From assembly GCA_005239725.1 (NCBI GenBank), contig SBBM01000045.1:33724-97723 (forward strand): a stretch of DNA of 64,000 nucleotides. Reading direction: 5' to 3'. This DNA is from Planctomycetales bacterium (GTDB lineage Bacteria > Omnitrophota > Gorgyraeia > Gygaellales > Profunditerraquicolaceae). The notes under the pieces were generated by a model that made no database searches, had not been told where the DNA came from, and saw nothing but the letters and a program-made list of their open reading frames with translations. Numbering within the stretch: the stretch's first letter is position 1; each line of letters opens with the position of its first letter. The translations under genes and the position numbers were made by a program. This document shows positions 9,074 to 18,554 of this stretch, piece after piece.

Positions 9074-9768
9074 AATTATCTCTTATCGTCCCGGCGTACA
9101 ATGAAGCGGAAAACATCGTTGATGTTTTAAAGACCATAGAAAAAACTCTTGATATGGATCATGAGGTTGTAGTGGTCAACGACCACTCTTCCGATGCCAC
9201 CGCAGAACTAGTAGGCAAGCTTTCTGCTGAATACGGCAATATCCGCTTGGTTGAAAATGCCGATGATAAGGGTTTTGCCAATGCCCTGAAGACAGGCTTC
9301 AGGAATTCTTACGCGGATATTGTTATTCCTGTTATGGGAGACCTTTGTGACGACTTGTCTACGATACCGAAGATGCTTGAAAAGATTAAGGAGGGATACG
9401 ATGTTGCCTGCGGCTCCCGCTATATATCCGGCGGCGCCAGGCTCGGCGGGCCCAGGGTTAAAGGGATATTATCCCGTTTTTCCGGAGCGTCGCTGCATTA
9501 TTTATTCGGAATCCCTCTTAGCGATATGCCTAATTCATTTAAGATGTACCGCCGGAAAGTAATCGAATCCGTAGATATAAAAGCAAAGAGTTTTGAGATA
9601 TCAATGGAAATATTGCTAAAGGCGCATTTCGCCGGCTTTAAAATAGCGGAAGTGCCTACGGTATGGAAGGAAAGGACTAAGGGTAAGTCTAGTTTTAAGG
9701 TATTGAAACTGTTGCCGGGTTATCTTAAATTATACGCCTGGGCCATATTCAAAAAATTTGGAGGATAA
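9070..9768 (+). CDS. GT2 glycosyltransferase, DPM1-like polyprenol-phosphate sugar synthase
   Basis: N-terminus LSLIVPAYNEAENI, then VVVVNDHSSD…, with the DxD region; 232 aa and soluble. Confidence 0.8.
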   Translation: MKLSLIVPAYNEAENIVDVLKTIEKTLDMDHEVVVVNDHSSDATAELVGKLSAEYGNIRLVENADDKGFANALKTGFRNSYADIVIPVMGDLCDDLSTIPKMLEKIKEGYDVACGSRYISGGARLGGPRVKGILSRFSGASLHYLFGIPLSDMPNSFKMYRRKVIESVDIKAKSFEISMEILLKAHFAGFKIAEVPTVWKERTKGKSSFKVLKLLPGYLKLYAWAIFKKFGG

Positions 9769-9773
9769 GAGGC

Positions 9774-10451
9774 ATGCCGCTACTTTCGGTGATACTCCCG
9801 GTTTACAACGAGGTCAATACAGTGAGGGGCATTCTGGAAAAGGTTAGTTCTGTAAATATTGACAAGGAAATCATTGTCGTTGATGACGGCTCTTTTGACG
9901 GAACGGAGAGGACGCTAAAAGATATAAGGCTTGATAATATGAAGATTATCCATCATAGTCGCAATAGAGGGAAGGGCGCGGCTTTCCTGACCGGGCTAAA
10001 CAACGCAAGCGGAGAATTTGTCATAATCCAGGATGCGGACCTGGAATATAATCCGGACGAATATTTGAAATTAATGGCTGAGATGAAAAAGGGGGATGCG
10101 GATATCATTCTGGGGGCAAGGTTTATGGAGGGGTATTACGGCTCTTTTGTCCCGCGCTTTGGCAACCGCTTATTGACGAATTTGTTGAATTTCTTTTTTG
10201 GAATTAAACTCAATGACTGCTTCACTTGTTATAAAATGTTCCGGCGGGACACAATTAATAAGTTAAATCTTAAAGAGCAGAATTTCACAATTGAGACGGA
10301 GATAATCGCCAAGGCTTTAAAAAGGGGCTTAAGCATAAGAGAGGTCCCCATATCCTATCGGCCGCGCAGTTACTCAGAGGGCAAGAAAATACGCGTAAAA
10401 GACGGCATCCGCGCGATAATAAGCATCTTCAAGTACCGTTTTTCAGCTTAA
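9774..10451 (+). CDS. GT2 glycosyltransferase, DPM1-like polyprenol-phosphate sugar synthase (paralog)
   Basis: LSVILPVYNEVNTV…IIVVDDGSFDGT…QDADLEY; 225 aa. Confidence 0.8.
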   Translation: MPLLSVILPVYNEVNTVRGILEKVSSVNIDKEIIVVDDGSFDGTERTLKDIRLDNMKIIHHSRNRGKGAAFLTGLNNASGEFVIIQDADLEYNPDEYLKLMAEMKKGDADIILGARFMEGYYGSFVPRFGNRLLTNLLNFFFGIKLNDCFTCYKMFRRDTINKLNLKEQNFTIETEIIAKALKRGLSIREVPISYRPRSYSEGKKIRVKDGIRAIISIFKYRFSA

Positions 10452-10453
10452 GA

Positions 10454-11692
10454 ATGCAAAACATAATTAAATATCTGGAACGTGCAGTTTATTGGGCGAT
10501 TGTCACTATTCCTTTGAGTATGGCGATTTCTCCTGCCCTGATGAATGGATTTATGGGCCTGGCGCTATCGGGTTTTCTGATAAAAAGGGCTTTGAAGAGG
10601 GAAGATATTTTCATAAAAACCCCGGTAAACCTGCCGCTGGCATTCCTTTTTGCGTTAACCCTATTATCGCTTTTTAATACGGTAAGCCTGAAGGATAGTT
10701 TCAGGGGGGGAGTGCTCAGGTTTTTACAGTATATCTTTATGCTCTTGGCGGTTAGCGGAGAAGTAAAAGACAAACGGCAGATTAAAATGATTGTGTTTTC
10801 GGTTATCGTCGGTTTGTTATTTACGGCTGGCGATGAAATCTGGCAGGTGTTTGCGGGAAAGGATTTTGTGCGCGGGTATGATGTAGTAGTAAATATTGGC
10901 TTAGTGCGCGCAACAGCCTCTTTCAAAGATTCAAATACACTGGGTATTTATTTGAGCGCAATCGCGCCGCTGGTATTCGGATTAACCCTTTATTATCTTA
11001 AAGGCAAACGTAAGATTGCCGGGGTTATTTGCAGTTTTATTGCCCTGGCGGCAATCGCGCTTACTTATTCAAGACCAACCCTGCTTGCCACCTACGTAGC
11101 ATTATTTTTTCTCGGGGTGGTACGAAAAGACAAGGGTATGATAATTTTTCTGGTTGGGTTCGCGCTTATTTCGCCTTTTTTATTGCCTAAATCCGTTAGA
11201 AATTTGGCAAAGGAAGTTAATTATAATCCGTTAAGGTTTATGTGCAATGATGACCGGATAGCGGTTTACCGCAATTCCCTTAACATGATAAAGGCCCATC
11301 CCTTTATCGGGGTCGGGGCGAATGCCTTCATGTCAAGTTATAAATACTACAAGGAATTCCCGGAATACCGCAATGTGGTTACGCTCGAGGAGATGAAGGC
11401 GCATAATAATTTTCTGCACATGGCCGGGGAAATAGGTTTAATCGGCTTATCTGTATTCTTATGGCTGCTATACAAACTGTTTAGGGAATGCGCGGATATT
11501 TATAAAAAATTAAGCGATGATTATATTAAAATTGTATCGCTTTCCTTAATTGCCTGTATTATCGCATTCTTAGTTAATGGCCTTACCGAAAGCAGCCTTT
11601 ATTATTCCAGGGTGGCCCTGATATTCTGGTATTTAGCGGGTATGTCTTTAACGTTGCGCAAATTTTCCCATGGCGGAACAAACGCAAATTAG
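10454..11692 (+). CDS. O-antigen ligase/polymerase-like membrane protein (Wzy_C/WaaL family)
   Basis: Polytopic membrane protein with a large loop containing AHNNFLHMAGEIGLIGL, the family-typical H-containing motif. Confidence 0.65.
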   Translation: MQNIIKYLERAVYWAIVTIPLSMAISPALMNGFMGLALSGFLIKRALKREDIFIKTPVNLPLAFLFALTLLSLFNTVSLKDSFRGGVLRFLQYIFMLLAVSGEVKDKRQIKMIVFSVIVGLLFTAGDEIWQVFAGKDFVRGYDVVVNIGLVRATASFKDSNTLGIYLSAIAPLVFGLTLYYLKGKRKIAGVICSFIALAAIALTYSRPTLLATYVALFFLGVVRKDKGMIIFLVGFALISPFLLPKSVRNLAKEVNYNPLRFMCNDDRIAVYRNSLNMIKAHPFIGVGANAFMSSYKYYKEFPEYRNVVTLEEMKAHNNFLHMAGEIGLIGLSVFLWLLYKLFRECADIYKKLSDDYIKIVSLSLIACIIAFLVNGLTESSLYYSRVALIFWYLAGMSLTLRKFSHGGTNAN

Positions 11693-12647
11693 GAATATCC
11701 TGGTTTTTCGTAACGACAGGTTCGGGGAGTTTCTGCTTAACATTCCTGCTTTCCGGGCATTAAAAGAATCATTTCCCTCTGCCAGGTTAATTTTAGTGCT
11801 TGACCCTTATGTTAAACCTTTAGCAGAAAGATTAAATTATATCGATGAAATAATTGAATGGAGGAGTGGCCGCCATAGATTAACGGAGAAAATCAAGATA
11901 ATCAGGTTTCTGCGCGCAAAAAATATTGATATGGCCGTAATGTTAAACCCTTCCCGGGATTTTAATATTATTACTTACCTGGCGGGGATTCCGCTGCGGG
12001 TGGGTTATGATAGAAAATTCAGCTTCCTGCTCACAAGCCGGATGGGGGATGAAAAGTATTTGGGATTAAAACATGAGGTAGAATACAATCTTGAGCTGGT
12101 TGCCCTTGCCGGTGCGCATACGCAGGATAAGTCCTTATCCTTGAATATAGATAAAGAGATAGCCGGCAGCCTGTTGAAGAAATCCGGCATAAAAGAAGGA
12201 GATATGTTGGTGGCAATACATCCCTGGACATCAGTTCCCCTAAAACAGTGGCCTTTAGAAAATTTTATTTCTTTAATTGATAAATTGTTGAAGAGATTTC
12301 CGGTTAAAATTATTGTCGTAGGGGGAAGAGAAGAGGCTGTAAAAAGCCCGGGGTTCTTTAATGGTCTGGGGGTAAATGTAGCTAATCTCTCCGGGAAAAC
12401 AACGTTATTGGAGCTCGGCGCGCTGCTTAAGGCCTGCAGGGTGCTTGTTTCTGCTGACAGCGGGCCTGTTCATCTTGCCGCGAGCGTAGGTACTCCGGCT
12501 GTCGCGATTTTCAGAAATGATATCCCCGGGAAAAACCCGGAAAGATGGGGGCCGTGGGGAGAGCGCCATGTCGTAATTGGAAAAAGCAGCCTTAGAGATA
12601 TAACCGTAGATGAGGTTTTTCAGTGTACGAAAAAATTCTTGTCATAA
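11670..12647 (+). CDS. GT9 glycosyltransferase (ADP-heptose:LPS heptosyltransferase-like)
   Basis: ILVFRNDRFGEFLLNIPAFRAL N-terminus and the C-terminal DSGPVHLAASVGTPAVAIF motif of the heptosyltransferase family. Confidence 0.75.
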   Translation: MAEQTQIRNILVFRNDRFGEFLLNIPAFRALKESFPSARLILVLDPYVKPLAERLNYIDEIIEWRSGRHRLTEKIKIIRFLRAKNIDMAVMLNPSRDFNIITYLAGIPLRVGYDRKFSFLLTSRMGDEKYLGLKHEVEYNLELVALAGAHTQDKSLSLNIDKEIAGSLLKKSGIKEGDMLVAIHPWTSVPLKQWPLENFISLIDKLLKRFPVKIIVVGGREEAVKSPGFFNGLGVNVANLSGKTTLLELGALLKACRVLVSADSGPVHLAASVGTPAVAIFRNDIPGKNPERWGPWGERHVVIGKSSLRDITVDEVFQCTKKFLS

Positions 12648-13720
12648 ACCCCTTTGGTATCGGCGATGTATTGTTTACCACTCCGATAATCCATACTTTA
12701 AAAGATTCCAATCCTCAGGGAAAAATCGGGTATTTATGCAACCGCCGCAGCAGCCCTCTCCTGCGGGATAATCCGTATATAGATTATCTATTCATATACG
12801 AAAGGGATGAGTTTGATAAAATAAAAAGACGCAATTATTTTGCCTGGATTAAGGAAAATATCAAATTCCTGGAGCAGATTAAGGAGCGGCATTTCGATTT
12901 GGCGATTGATTTTTCCCTGAATACTCAATACGGATTTTTCAGCTGGTACGCAGGCATAAAGACCAGGATTGGCTATGATTTTAAGGGCAGGGGTTGGCTT
13001 CTTACGCGTAAAATAAAATTGCCGGCGGGTTACAATAGCAAGCACATCGTGGAATACTATGCCGCTCTCCTCGGGTTTATCGGCTTAGAATTGAAATGCA
13101 GGAAATTGGAACTATTTCTTGAAAATGAGAATGTAAGACATGCCGAAGAAATGCTTGAACGTGGGGGTATAGGCGGATCGGATTTACTGGTAGGGATTGT
13201 GCCCGGGGCGGGGAGAAGCTGGGGGGGCAGCGCATATTTAAAGCATTGGCCGGCAGAAAATTTTGCCCGGCTGGCGGATAAAATAATTGAAAATTATCCG
13301 GCAAAGATTATAATAATTGGTGATTCAAGCGAAAAAGAAATCTGTAACAAGGTAATTTCTGGCATGCAGCATCCGGCAATAGACCTATCCGGCAGGACCA
13401 CTCCGGGAGAATTAGCCGCATTGTTAAGCAAAATGAAATTAGTTATTACCAACGACGGCGGGCCATTACATATGGCAGTAGCGCTCGGCATCAAAACAGT
13501 TTCGGTTTTTGGCCCGGTCAATGATGTTGTTTATGGACCGTATCCCCCGGGAAAAGGGCACATAGTTGTTAAAAGCAAAGTACCATGCCGTCCTTGCTAT
13601 AAGAATTTCCGGGTTTCTGAGTGCGCCAATCCGCAGGAATGCCTGAGCGGGATTAATCCCGATGAGGTATTTTCTGCAGCCAAAGCCTGCTTGTCGGCAG
13701 ACAGGGAGTCATTGCAATGA
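12623..13720 (+). CDS. GT9 glycosyltransferase (heptosyltransferase-like, paralog)
   Basis: ILVINPFGIGDVLFTTPIIHTLK … NDGGPLHMAVALGIKTVSVFGP. Confidence 0.75.
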   Translation: MYEKILVINPFGIGDVLFTTPIIHTLKDSNPQGKIGYLCNRRSSPLLRDNPYIDYLFIYERDEFDKIKRRNYFAWIKENIKFLEQIKERHFDLAIDFSLNTQYGFFSWYAGIKTRIGYDFKGRGWLLTRKIKLPAGYNSKHIVEYYAALLGFIGLELKCRKLELFLENENVRHAEEMLERGGIGGSDLLVGIVPGAGRSWGGSAYLKHWPAENFARLADKIIENYPAKIIIIGDSSEKEICNKVISGMQHPAIDLSGRTTPGELAALLSKMKLVITNDGGPLHMAVALGIKTVSVFGPVNDVVYGPYPPGKGHIVVKSKVPCRPCYKNFRVSECANPQECLSGINPDEVFSAAKACLSADRESLQ

Positions 13721-14823
13721 GAATTCCATTTATTGACCTGAATGCCCAATATGCCGAGATAAAGAAAGACTTGCAAGCATCTTTTGACGCCATAATGAAG
13801 AGGGGGGATTTTATTTTGGGCAAAGAGGTGGTGCTATTCGAAAAGGAATTCGCCGGATATTCAAAGCGAAAATTCGCCCTGGGGGTCAATTCTGGCACCG
13901 ATGCCCTTTTTTTAGGGTTGCTGAGTCTGGGTATCGGCAAAGGCGATGAGGTTATCGTGCCGGCATTTACATATATTGCCACGGCGTTTGCGGTTACCTA
14001 TACCGGGGCGCGGCCTGTTTTCGTAGATATCAGCAGGGATAGTTACAATATTGATACAAATAAAATCAGTGCGGCAATCACAAAAAGGACCAAGGCGATA
14101 ATGCCCGTCCATCTTTATGGGCAGTGTGCGGATATGGCGCCAATTTTGGAAATTGCCAAAACGCATAAACTGAAAGTTATCGAAGATGCGGCGCAGGCGC
14201 ACGGCGCACTTTATAAAAATCGGATGGCCGGCTCAATAGGCGATATCGGATGCTTTAGCTTTTATCCCACCAAAAACCTGGGTGGATTTGGCGACGGCGG
14301 GTTGATTTTGACGGATAACCCGGAGATTTATAAGAGGCTTTTTAAATTGCGCGACTACGGTCGGAAGACAAGGTACGAGCACGTTAACCTGGGATATAAC
14401 TCCCGCCTGGATACCCTGCAGGCTGCGGTTTTATCCATAAAACTTAAACATCTGGAAAAATGGAATAATATGCGCCGCAGGAACGCCAAAATTTATAATG
14501 CTATGCTTAAGCCCGCGGATAATATAATTACCCCTGAAGAAAGCGGTTACGCCAGGCACGTTTACCATGTATATGCGGTCAGGGTTAAGGATAGGGATAG
14601 GGTGGTTAATGAGCTCCGCGAGAATAAGATAAGCGCCATTGTTCATTATCCCGTACCCTTGCACCTGCAGGAAGTATTTAGCGGCTTGGGTTATAAGAAT
14701 GGCGATTTCCCGGTTGCTGAAAAGATAGCCCATGAGGTAATCTCGTTGCCGATGTACCCGCATTTAAAGGAGAGGCAGATTAAATTTATTGCGGACACGC
14801 TGATAAAAATTACAAGGGATTAA
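13717..14823 (+). CDS. DegT/DnrJ/EryC1/StrS-family PLP-dependent sugar aminotransferase
   Basis: MRIPFIDLNAQY… start, GVNSGTDAL, conserved lysine region and C-terminal fold; 368 aa. Confidence 0.8.
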   Translation: MRIPFIDLNAQYAEIKKDLQASFDAIMKRGDFILGKEVVLFEKEFAGYSKRKFALGVNSGTDALFLGLLSLGIGKGDEVIVPAFTYIATAFAVTYTGARPVFVDISRDSYNIDTNKISAAITKRTKAIMPVHLYGQCADMAPILEIAKTHKLKVIEDAAQAHGALYKNRMAGSIGDIGCFSFYPTKNLGGFGDGGLILTDNPEIYKRLFKLRDYGRKTRYEHVNLGYNSRLDTLQAAVLSIKLKHLEKWNNMRRRNAKIYNAMLKPADNIITPEESGYARHVYHVYAVRVKDRDRVVNELRENKISAIVHYPVPLHLQEVFSGLGYKNGDFPVAEKIAHEVISLPMYPHLKERQIKFIADTLIKITRD

Positions 14824-14826
14824 CAG

Positions 14827-15642
14827 GTGAACGATAAGCCCGGACTTTCGGTAGTGGTTTTGACTAAAAATGAGGAAGAGAGGATTGCTGCTGCTCTTAA
14901 TTCCGTAAGATGGGCGGATGAAATCATCGTGGTTGATGATGAAAGCACAGATGGGACCGTTGAAATCGCTAAGGGCTATACGGATAAAATCTTTATAAAA
15001 AAGATGGATCTGGAGGGCAGGCACAGAAACTGGGCGTACGGGCAGGCCAAGAATAAATGGGTTTTAAGTTTAGATGCAGATGAGATAATTACGTCGGAAT
15101 TAAGGGAAGAGATAACCGCACTGCTAAAAGGGAATCCTCCGGAAAACGGCTTTACCATCCCGCGCAGGAATTACATCGGCGATTACTGGGTTAAATACGG
15201 CGGCTGGTATCCCAGCCCCCAGCTCAGGTTATTTCAGAAAGATAAATTTCGTTATGAGGAAGTGGCGGTGCATCCCCGGGCGTTCATGCCTGACCCTTGC
15301 GGGCATCTAAAGTCTGATATGATCCATTATACCTACCGCGATTTTGAGGATTTTTTGGCTAAGCTTAATAAGCAAACAACCTGGGAAGCCAGGAAATGGC
15401 ATAGCCAGGGTAAGCCTATGCGTCTGGGCAGGTTTTTGTGGCGGACGCTTGACAGGTTTATGCGTACATATGTGGGAAGAAAAGGTTATAAAGACGGGTC
15501 CATCGGTCTGGCGGTTGCATTTTTCGCCGGCGTGTATCAATTTGTCAGCTATTTAAAGTACCGGGAGTTAATAAATTGCCCCGCCAGTGCCGGCGGGGTT
15601 TCGCTAAATAAAAATGTTTGTGCTCAAAAAGGAGAGAAGTAA
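14827..15642 (+). CDS. GT2 glycosyltransferase
   Basis: LSVVVLTKNEEERIAAAL…IIVVDDESTDGT…LDADE; GTG start. Confidence 0.7.
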   Translation: MNDKPGLSVVVLTKNEEERIAAALNSVRWADEIIVVDDESTDGTVEIAKGYTDKIFIKKMDLEGRHRNWAYGQAKNKWVLSLDADEIITSELREEITALLKGNPPENGFTIPRRNYIGDYWVKYGGWYPSPQLRLFQKDKFRYEEVAVHPRAFMPDPCGHLKSDMIHYTYRDFEDFLAKLNKQTTWEARKWHSQGKPMRLGRFLWRTLDRFMRTYVGRKGYKDGSIGLAVAFFAGVYQFVSYLKYRELINCPASAGGVSLNKNVCAQKGEK

Positions 15643-16686
15643 ATGAGGGTGTTGATTACGGGTGGGGCGGGCATGGTCGGATCCCATGCGGCTGAGTTCT
15701 TTGCGCTGGATAATCCGAAGAATAAAGTTATTGTTTTGGACAACCTTATGCGTTCGCAGATTTTCGGGTATGATAAGGCATCAGTTGAATTTAACTGGAA
15801 TTATCTGAAAAAATTTAAAAATATCGAGCGTATTAAAGGCGATGTGCGCAATGATAGGGATGTTGCCAGGGGCGTAGGCAAAGGAGTGGATGTGGTAATC
15901 CACACCGCAGGCCAGCCCGGAGTGCCTTCCAGCGTGCGCATGCCTTTAGAAGATTTCAGCATTAATGCCTTCGGCACATTGAATGTCCTGGAATGGGCGC
16001 GCAAAAAATCAAAGGATACGGTAATTATTTATTGTTCGACAAATAAGGTTTACGGCGAAAATGTAGATAAAATCCCCTTAAGAGAAAAAGAGACGCGCTA
16101 TGTTTTTGACGGCCTAAGCGGGGTTTCGGAAGAAATGTGTACGGATTTAACCGGCCATACCCCTTACGGCGTCTCAAAGTTAGTCGGGGACCTGTATGTC
16201 CAGGAGTATAGTTACATATATAAAATGAAAACCGCGGTATTTCGCATGTCCTGTACCTACGGCACCCGGCAGTTCGGCTTTGAGGACCAGGGCTGGGTCG
16301 CCTGGTTTATCATCGCTGCACTTTTTAACAAACCGATTACGATTTACGGAAATGGAAAGCAGGTGCGCGATATGCTTTATGCCGATGACCTGGTGGATGC
16401 GTTCAACCGCTTTATTAAAAGCGATATGAAACGGGGTTTATTTAATATCGGAGGAGGACCGGAGAATACGATTTCCCTGCTGGAATTTCTGGATATTTTG
16501 AAAAATTTGACCGATAAAAGCCCGGAAGTGAATTTTGCGGACTGGCGGCCGTCTGACCAGAAGGTTTATATTACCGATACCCGAAAATTAGAAAACGCCC
16601 TTGGTTGGAAAATAAAGACCCCGGTTATGGAAGGCATAAAGAAATTGGCGCAGTGGATTCAAGAAAACGAAAAATGCTTCAAATAA
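15643..16686 (+). CDS. NAD-dependent sugar-nucleotide epimerase, CDP-paratose 2-epimerase (Tyv/RfbE)-like SDR
   Basis: Block-by-block match to CDP-tyvelose/paratose 2-epimerase: ITGGAG.VGS, STNKVYG, ETRY, TPYG.SK, TYGTRQFG.EDQGWVAWF, IYGNGKQVRD, NIGGG. Confidence 0.75.
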   Translation: MRVLITGGAGMVGSHAAEFFALDNPKNKVIVLDNLMRSQIFGYDKASVEFNWNYLKKFKNIERIKGDVRNDRDVARGVGKGVDVVIHTAGQPGVPSSVRMPLEDFSINAFGTLNVLEWARKKSKDTVIIYCSTNKVYGENVDKIPLREKETRYVFDGLSGVSEEMCTDLTGHTPYGVSKLVGDLYVQEYSYIYKMKTAVFRMSCTYGTRQFGFEDQGWVAWFIIAALFNKPITIYGNGKQVRDMLYADDLVDAFNRFIKSDMKRGLFNIGGGPENTISLLEFLDILKNLTDKSPEVNFADWRPSDQKVYITDTRKLENALGWKIKTPVMEGIKKLAQWIQENEKCFK

Positions 16687-16697
16687 CTAGTATTTAT

Positions 16698-16796
16698 AGT
16701 AGGGGGACGTAGTAGGGTAGTAGGGGACGTAGTAGGGGACGTTTCCCTTATTTACAACTTATATAGTAGGGGACGTTTCCCTTATTTACAACTTAT
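16698..16796. repeat. Tandem repeat array: short GTAGGGGACGT units followed by two ~34-nt copies of AGTAGGGGACGTTTCCCTTATTTACAACTTAT
   Basis: Directly visible: 16731-16762 and 16765-16796 are identical 32-mers, and 16701-16730 holds degenerate 12-mer units. Confidence 0.8.
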
Positions 16797-16825
16797 GTTA
16801 TTGCAATAAGAAGCGCACACCCATT

Positions 16826-17389
16826 GTGGAAATTATGAATGCGGTTTTTCTGGACAGAGACGGTGTAATAAATAAGTATCCGGGGGATAAGGAGTATGTA
16901 AAGTCCTGGGAGGAATTTTATTTTCTTCCCGGAGTTAAGGCGAGTCTTAAAAAACTAAGAGAGGCGGGATTCAGCGTTTTTATTATTTCTAACCAGGCCG
17001 GAGTGTCAAAAGGAATATTTTCGCAGGACAGCCTTGACCTGATTACGGAAAATATGCTCAAAAGATTAAAAGACGACGGCATAAATATTGACGGAGTATA
17101 TTACTGCATACACAAACCCGATGATAATTGTGCCTGTCGCAAGCCGAAGACCGGCCTTATCAAAACAGCAATAGCTAAGTCCAGGGGCAAAGAGATATCT
17201 TTATCCGGAAGTTATTTTGTCGGAGACACAATGGGGGATATAGAAACCGGCAAGGCAGCCGGCTTAAAAACAATCCTGGTTTTCTCCGGGAAAGAAAAAC
17301 TGGAGAATAAAGATAGCTGGAATGTGTTGCCGGATTTTACTGCCTCTAGCCTTCCCGAGGCAGTTGGTATAATATTAAATAATAAGTGA
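16826..17389 (+). CDS. gmhB: D-glycero-D-manno-heptose 1,7-bisphosphate phosphatase (HAD family)
   Basis: AVFLDRDGVINKY… HAD motif I and FIISNQAGV motif II; 187 aa. It lies in the same locus as the GT9 heptosyltransferases. Confidence 0.75.
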   Translation: MEIMNAVFLDRDGVINKYPGDKEYVKSWEEFYFLPGVKASLKKLREAGFSVFIISNQAGVSKGIFSQDSLDLITENMLKRLKDDGINIDGVYYCIHKPDDNCACRKPKTGLIKTAIAKSRGKEISLSGSYFVGDTMGDIETGKAAGLKTILVFSGKEKLENKDSWNVLPDFTASSLPEAVGIILNNK

Positions 17390-17426
17390 AAATCAGAAGA
17401 GGGGCGGCGGTACTTGTTGTAACAAC

Positions 17427-17460
17427 GTAAGTTACAAATAAGGGGACTGTCCCCTATTAG
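17427..17460. repeat. Inverted-orientation copy (~75% identity) of the 32-nt repeat unit seen at 16731-16796; contains the perfect palindrome AGGGGACTGTCCCCT (17441-17455)
   Basis: The reverse complement of the 16731 unit is ATAAGTTGTAAATAAGGGAAACGTCCCCTACT; here the sequence is GTAAGTTACAAATAAGGGGACTGTCCCCTATT. Confidence 0.55.
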
Positions 17461-17474
17461 CTATTAGCATTAGG

Positions 17475-18554
17475 ATGAAGATAATTATTGCGTATGTTTC
17501 GGCAGGCAAGGGGCATCAGGCGGCAGCAGAAGCGGTTTATGAACATATCAGGGAATATTGCCCCGGCTATGATACCAGAATTATTGACGCGCTTGATTAT
17601 ACAAAGGCTTCATTTTCGCGGATTTATGCCGGCGGGTATTATTTCCTGGTCAGCCACTTAAGGTGGCTCTGGTCTTTTTTTTATTATTTTTTTGCGGACA
17701 GATACCTTTCGCGCATATTTAATTTTTTTTCCCGCTTAAATAGCTCGCGGCTCATTTCCTATTTTCTCTCGGAAAACCCCGATGTTATTATAACCACGCA
17801 TTTTTTACCCGCCGAGGTTGCCTCCTATCTCAAAATAAAAGGCAGGTTAAACAGCCGCCTGGTTTCAATAATTACCGATTTCGGGGTGCATGCGGTTTGG
17901 GTTTCCGGGGATGCCGAGGCCTATATTGTGGGGGCGGATTATTCCGCGAATGAACTCGCTTCAAAAGGGGTGAAGAAAGGCAAGATTAAGACGTTCGGCA
18001 TGCCCATAAGTACAAAATTTTCCATAAAATCCGGGAAGCCCAGGGATAAATTCACGGTTTTAGTCGTGACCGGCTCTTTCGGTTTTTTTATGATTGAGAA
18101 AATCGTTGAGGCGCTTAGCCGGGAGGATATCAATCTTTCCGTAGTCTGCGGGAATAACCGGAAATTGTATGCGAGGCTTGCAGCCAAAAGGTATGCCAAT
18201 GCCCGCATCTTTGGCTTTACCGACCAGATGCCGGAATTAATGTCAGAGGCTGACCTCATAATTACAAAACCCGGGGGATTGAGTATTGCCGAGGCGTTGG
18301 TCATGGACCTGCCCATGGTGTTGATTGACGGTATTCCGGGCCAGGAAGCCGAAAATGCCAAGATTCTGGAGGGTTATGGATGTGTCCTGAATGTGAAAGG
18401 CCTGGCAAAAATCCGGGATATAATTTTGGACCTGAAAAATAACCCTGAAAAATTAAGCCGGCTACGCGCAAATATCCAGAAGATTAAAAAGCCAGGGGCA
18501 TGCGAGGAGATTGCGAAATATGTATGCGCAGGTAGTGCTGGGGCTGCCGATTAG
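17475..18554 (+). CDS. GT28-family glycosyltransferase (MGDG-synthase/UgtP/MurG-like)
   Basis: IIIAYVSAGKGHQAAAEAV N-terminal G-loop and the C-terminal UDP-sugar binding region (ITKPGGLSIAEAL…). Confidence 0.65.
   Translation: MKIIIAYVSAGKGHQAAAEAVYEHIREYCPGYDTRIIDALDYTKASFSRIYAGGYYFLVSHLRWLWSFFYYFFADRYLSRIFNFFSRLNSSRLISYFLSENPDVIITTHFLPAEVASYLKIKGRLNSRLVSIITDFGVHAVWVSGDAEAYIVGADYSANELASKGVKKGKIKTFGMPISTKFSIKSGKPRDKFTVLVVTGSFGFFMIEKIVEALSREDINLSVVCGNNRKLYARLAAKRYANARIFGFTDQMPELMSEADLIITKPGGLSIAEALVMDLPMVLIDGIPGQEAENAKILEGYGCVLNVKGLAKIRDIILDLKNNPEKLSRLRANIQKIKKPGACEEIAKYVCAGSAGAAD

Noticed and set aside
9320-9562. 80-aa plus-strand ORF in an alternative frame
   Set aside because: It is embedded in the GT2 gene 9070-9768, which has clear family motifs; this is an overlapping-frame artefact.
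16698-16796. Possible CRISPR array
   Set aside because: The repeats are tandem and contiguous with a period of about 34 nt. There are no unique spacers of 25-40 nt between them and no cas genes; this is a simple tandem repeat.
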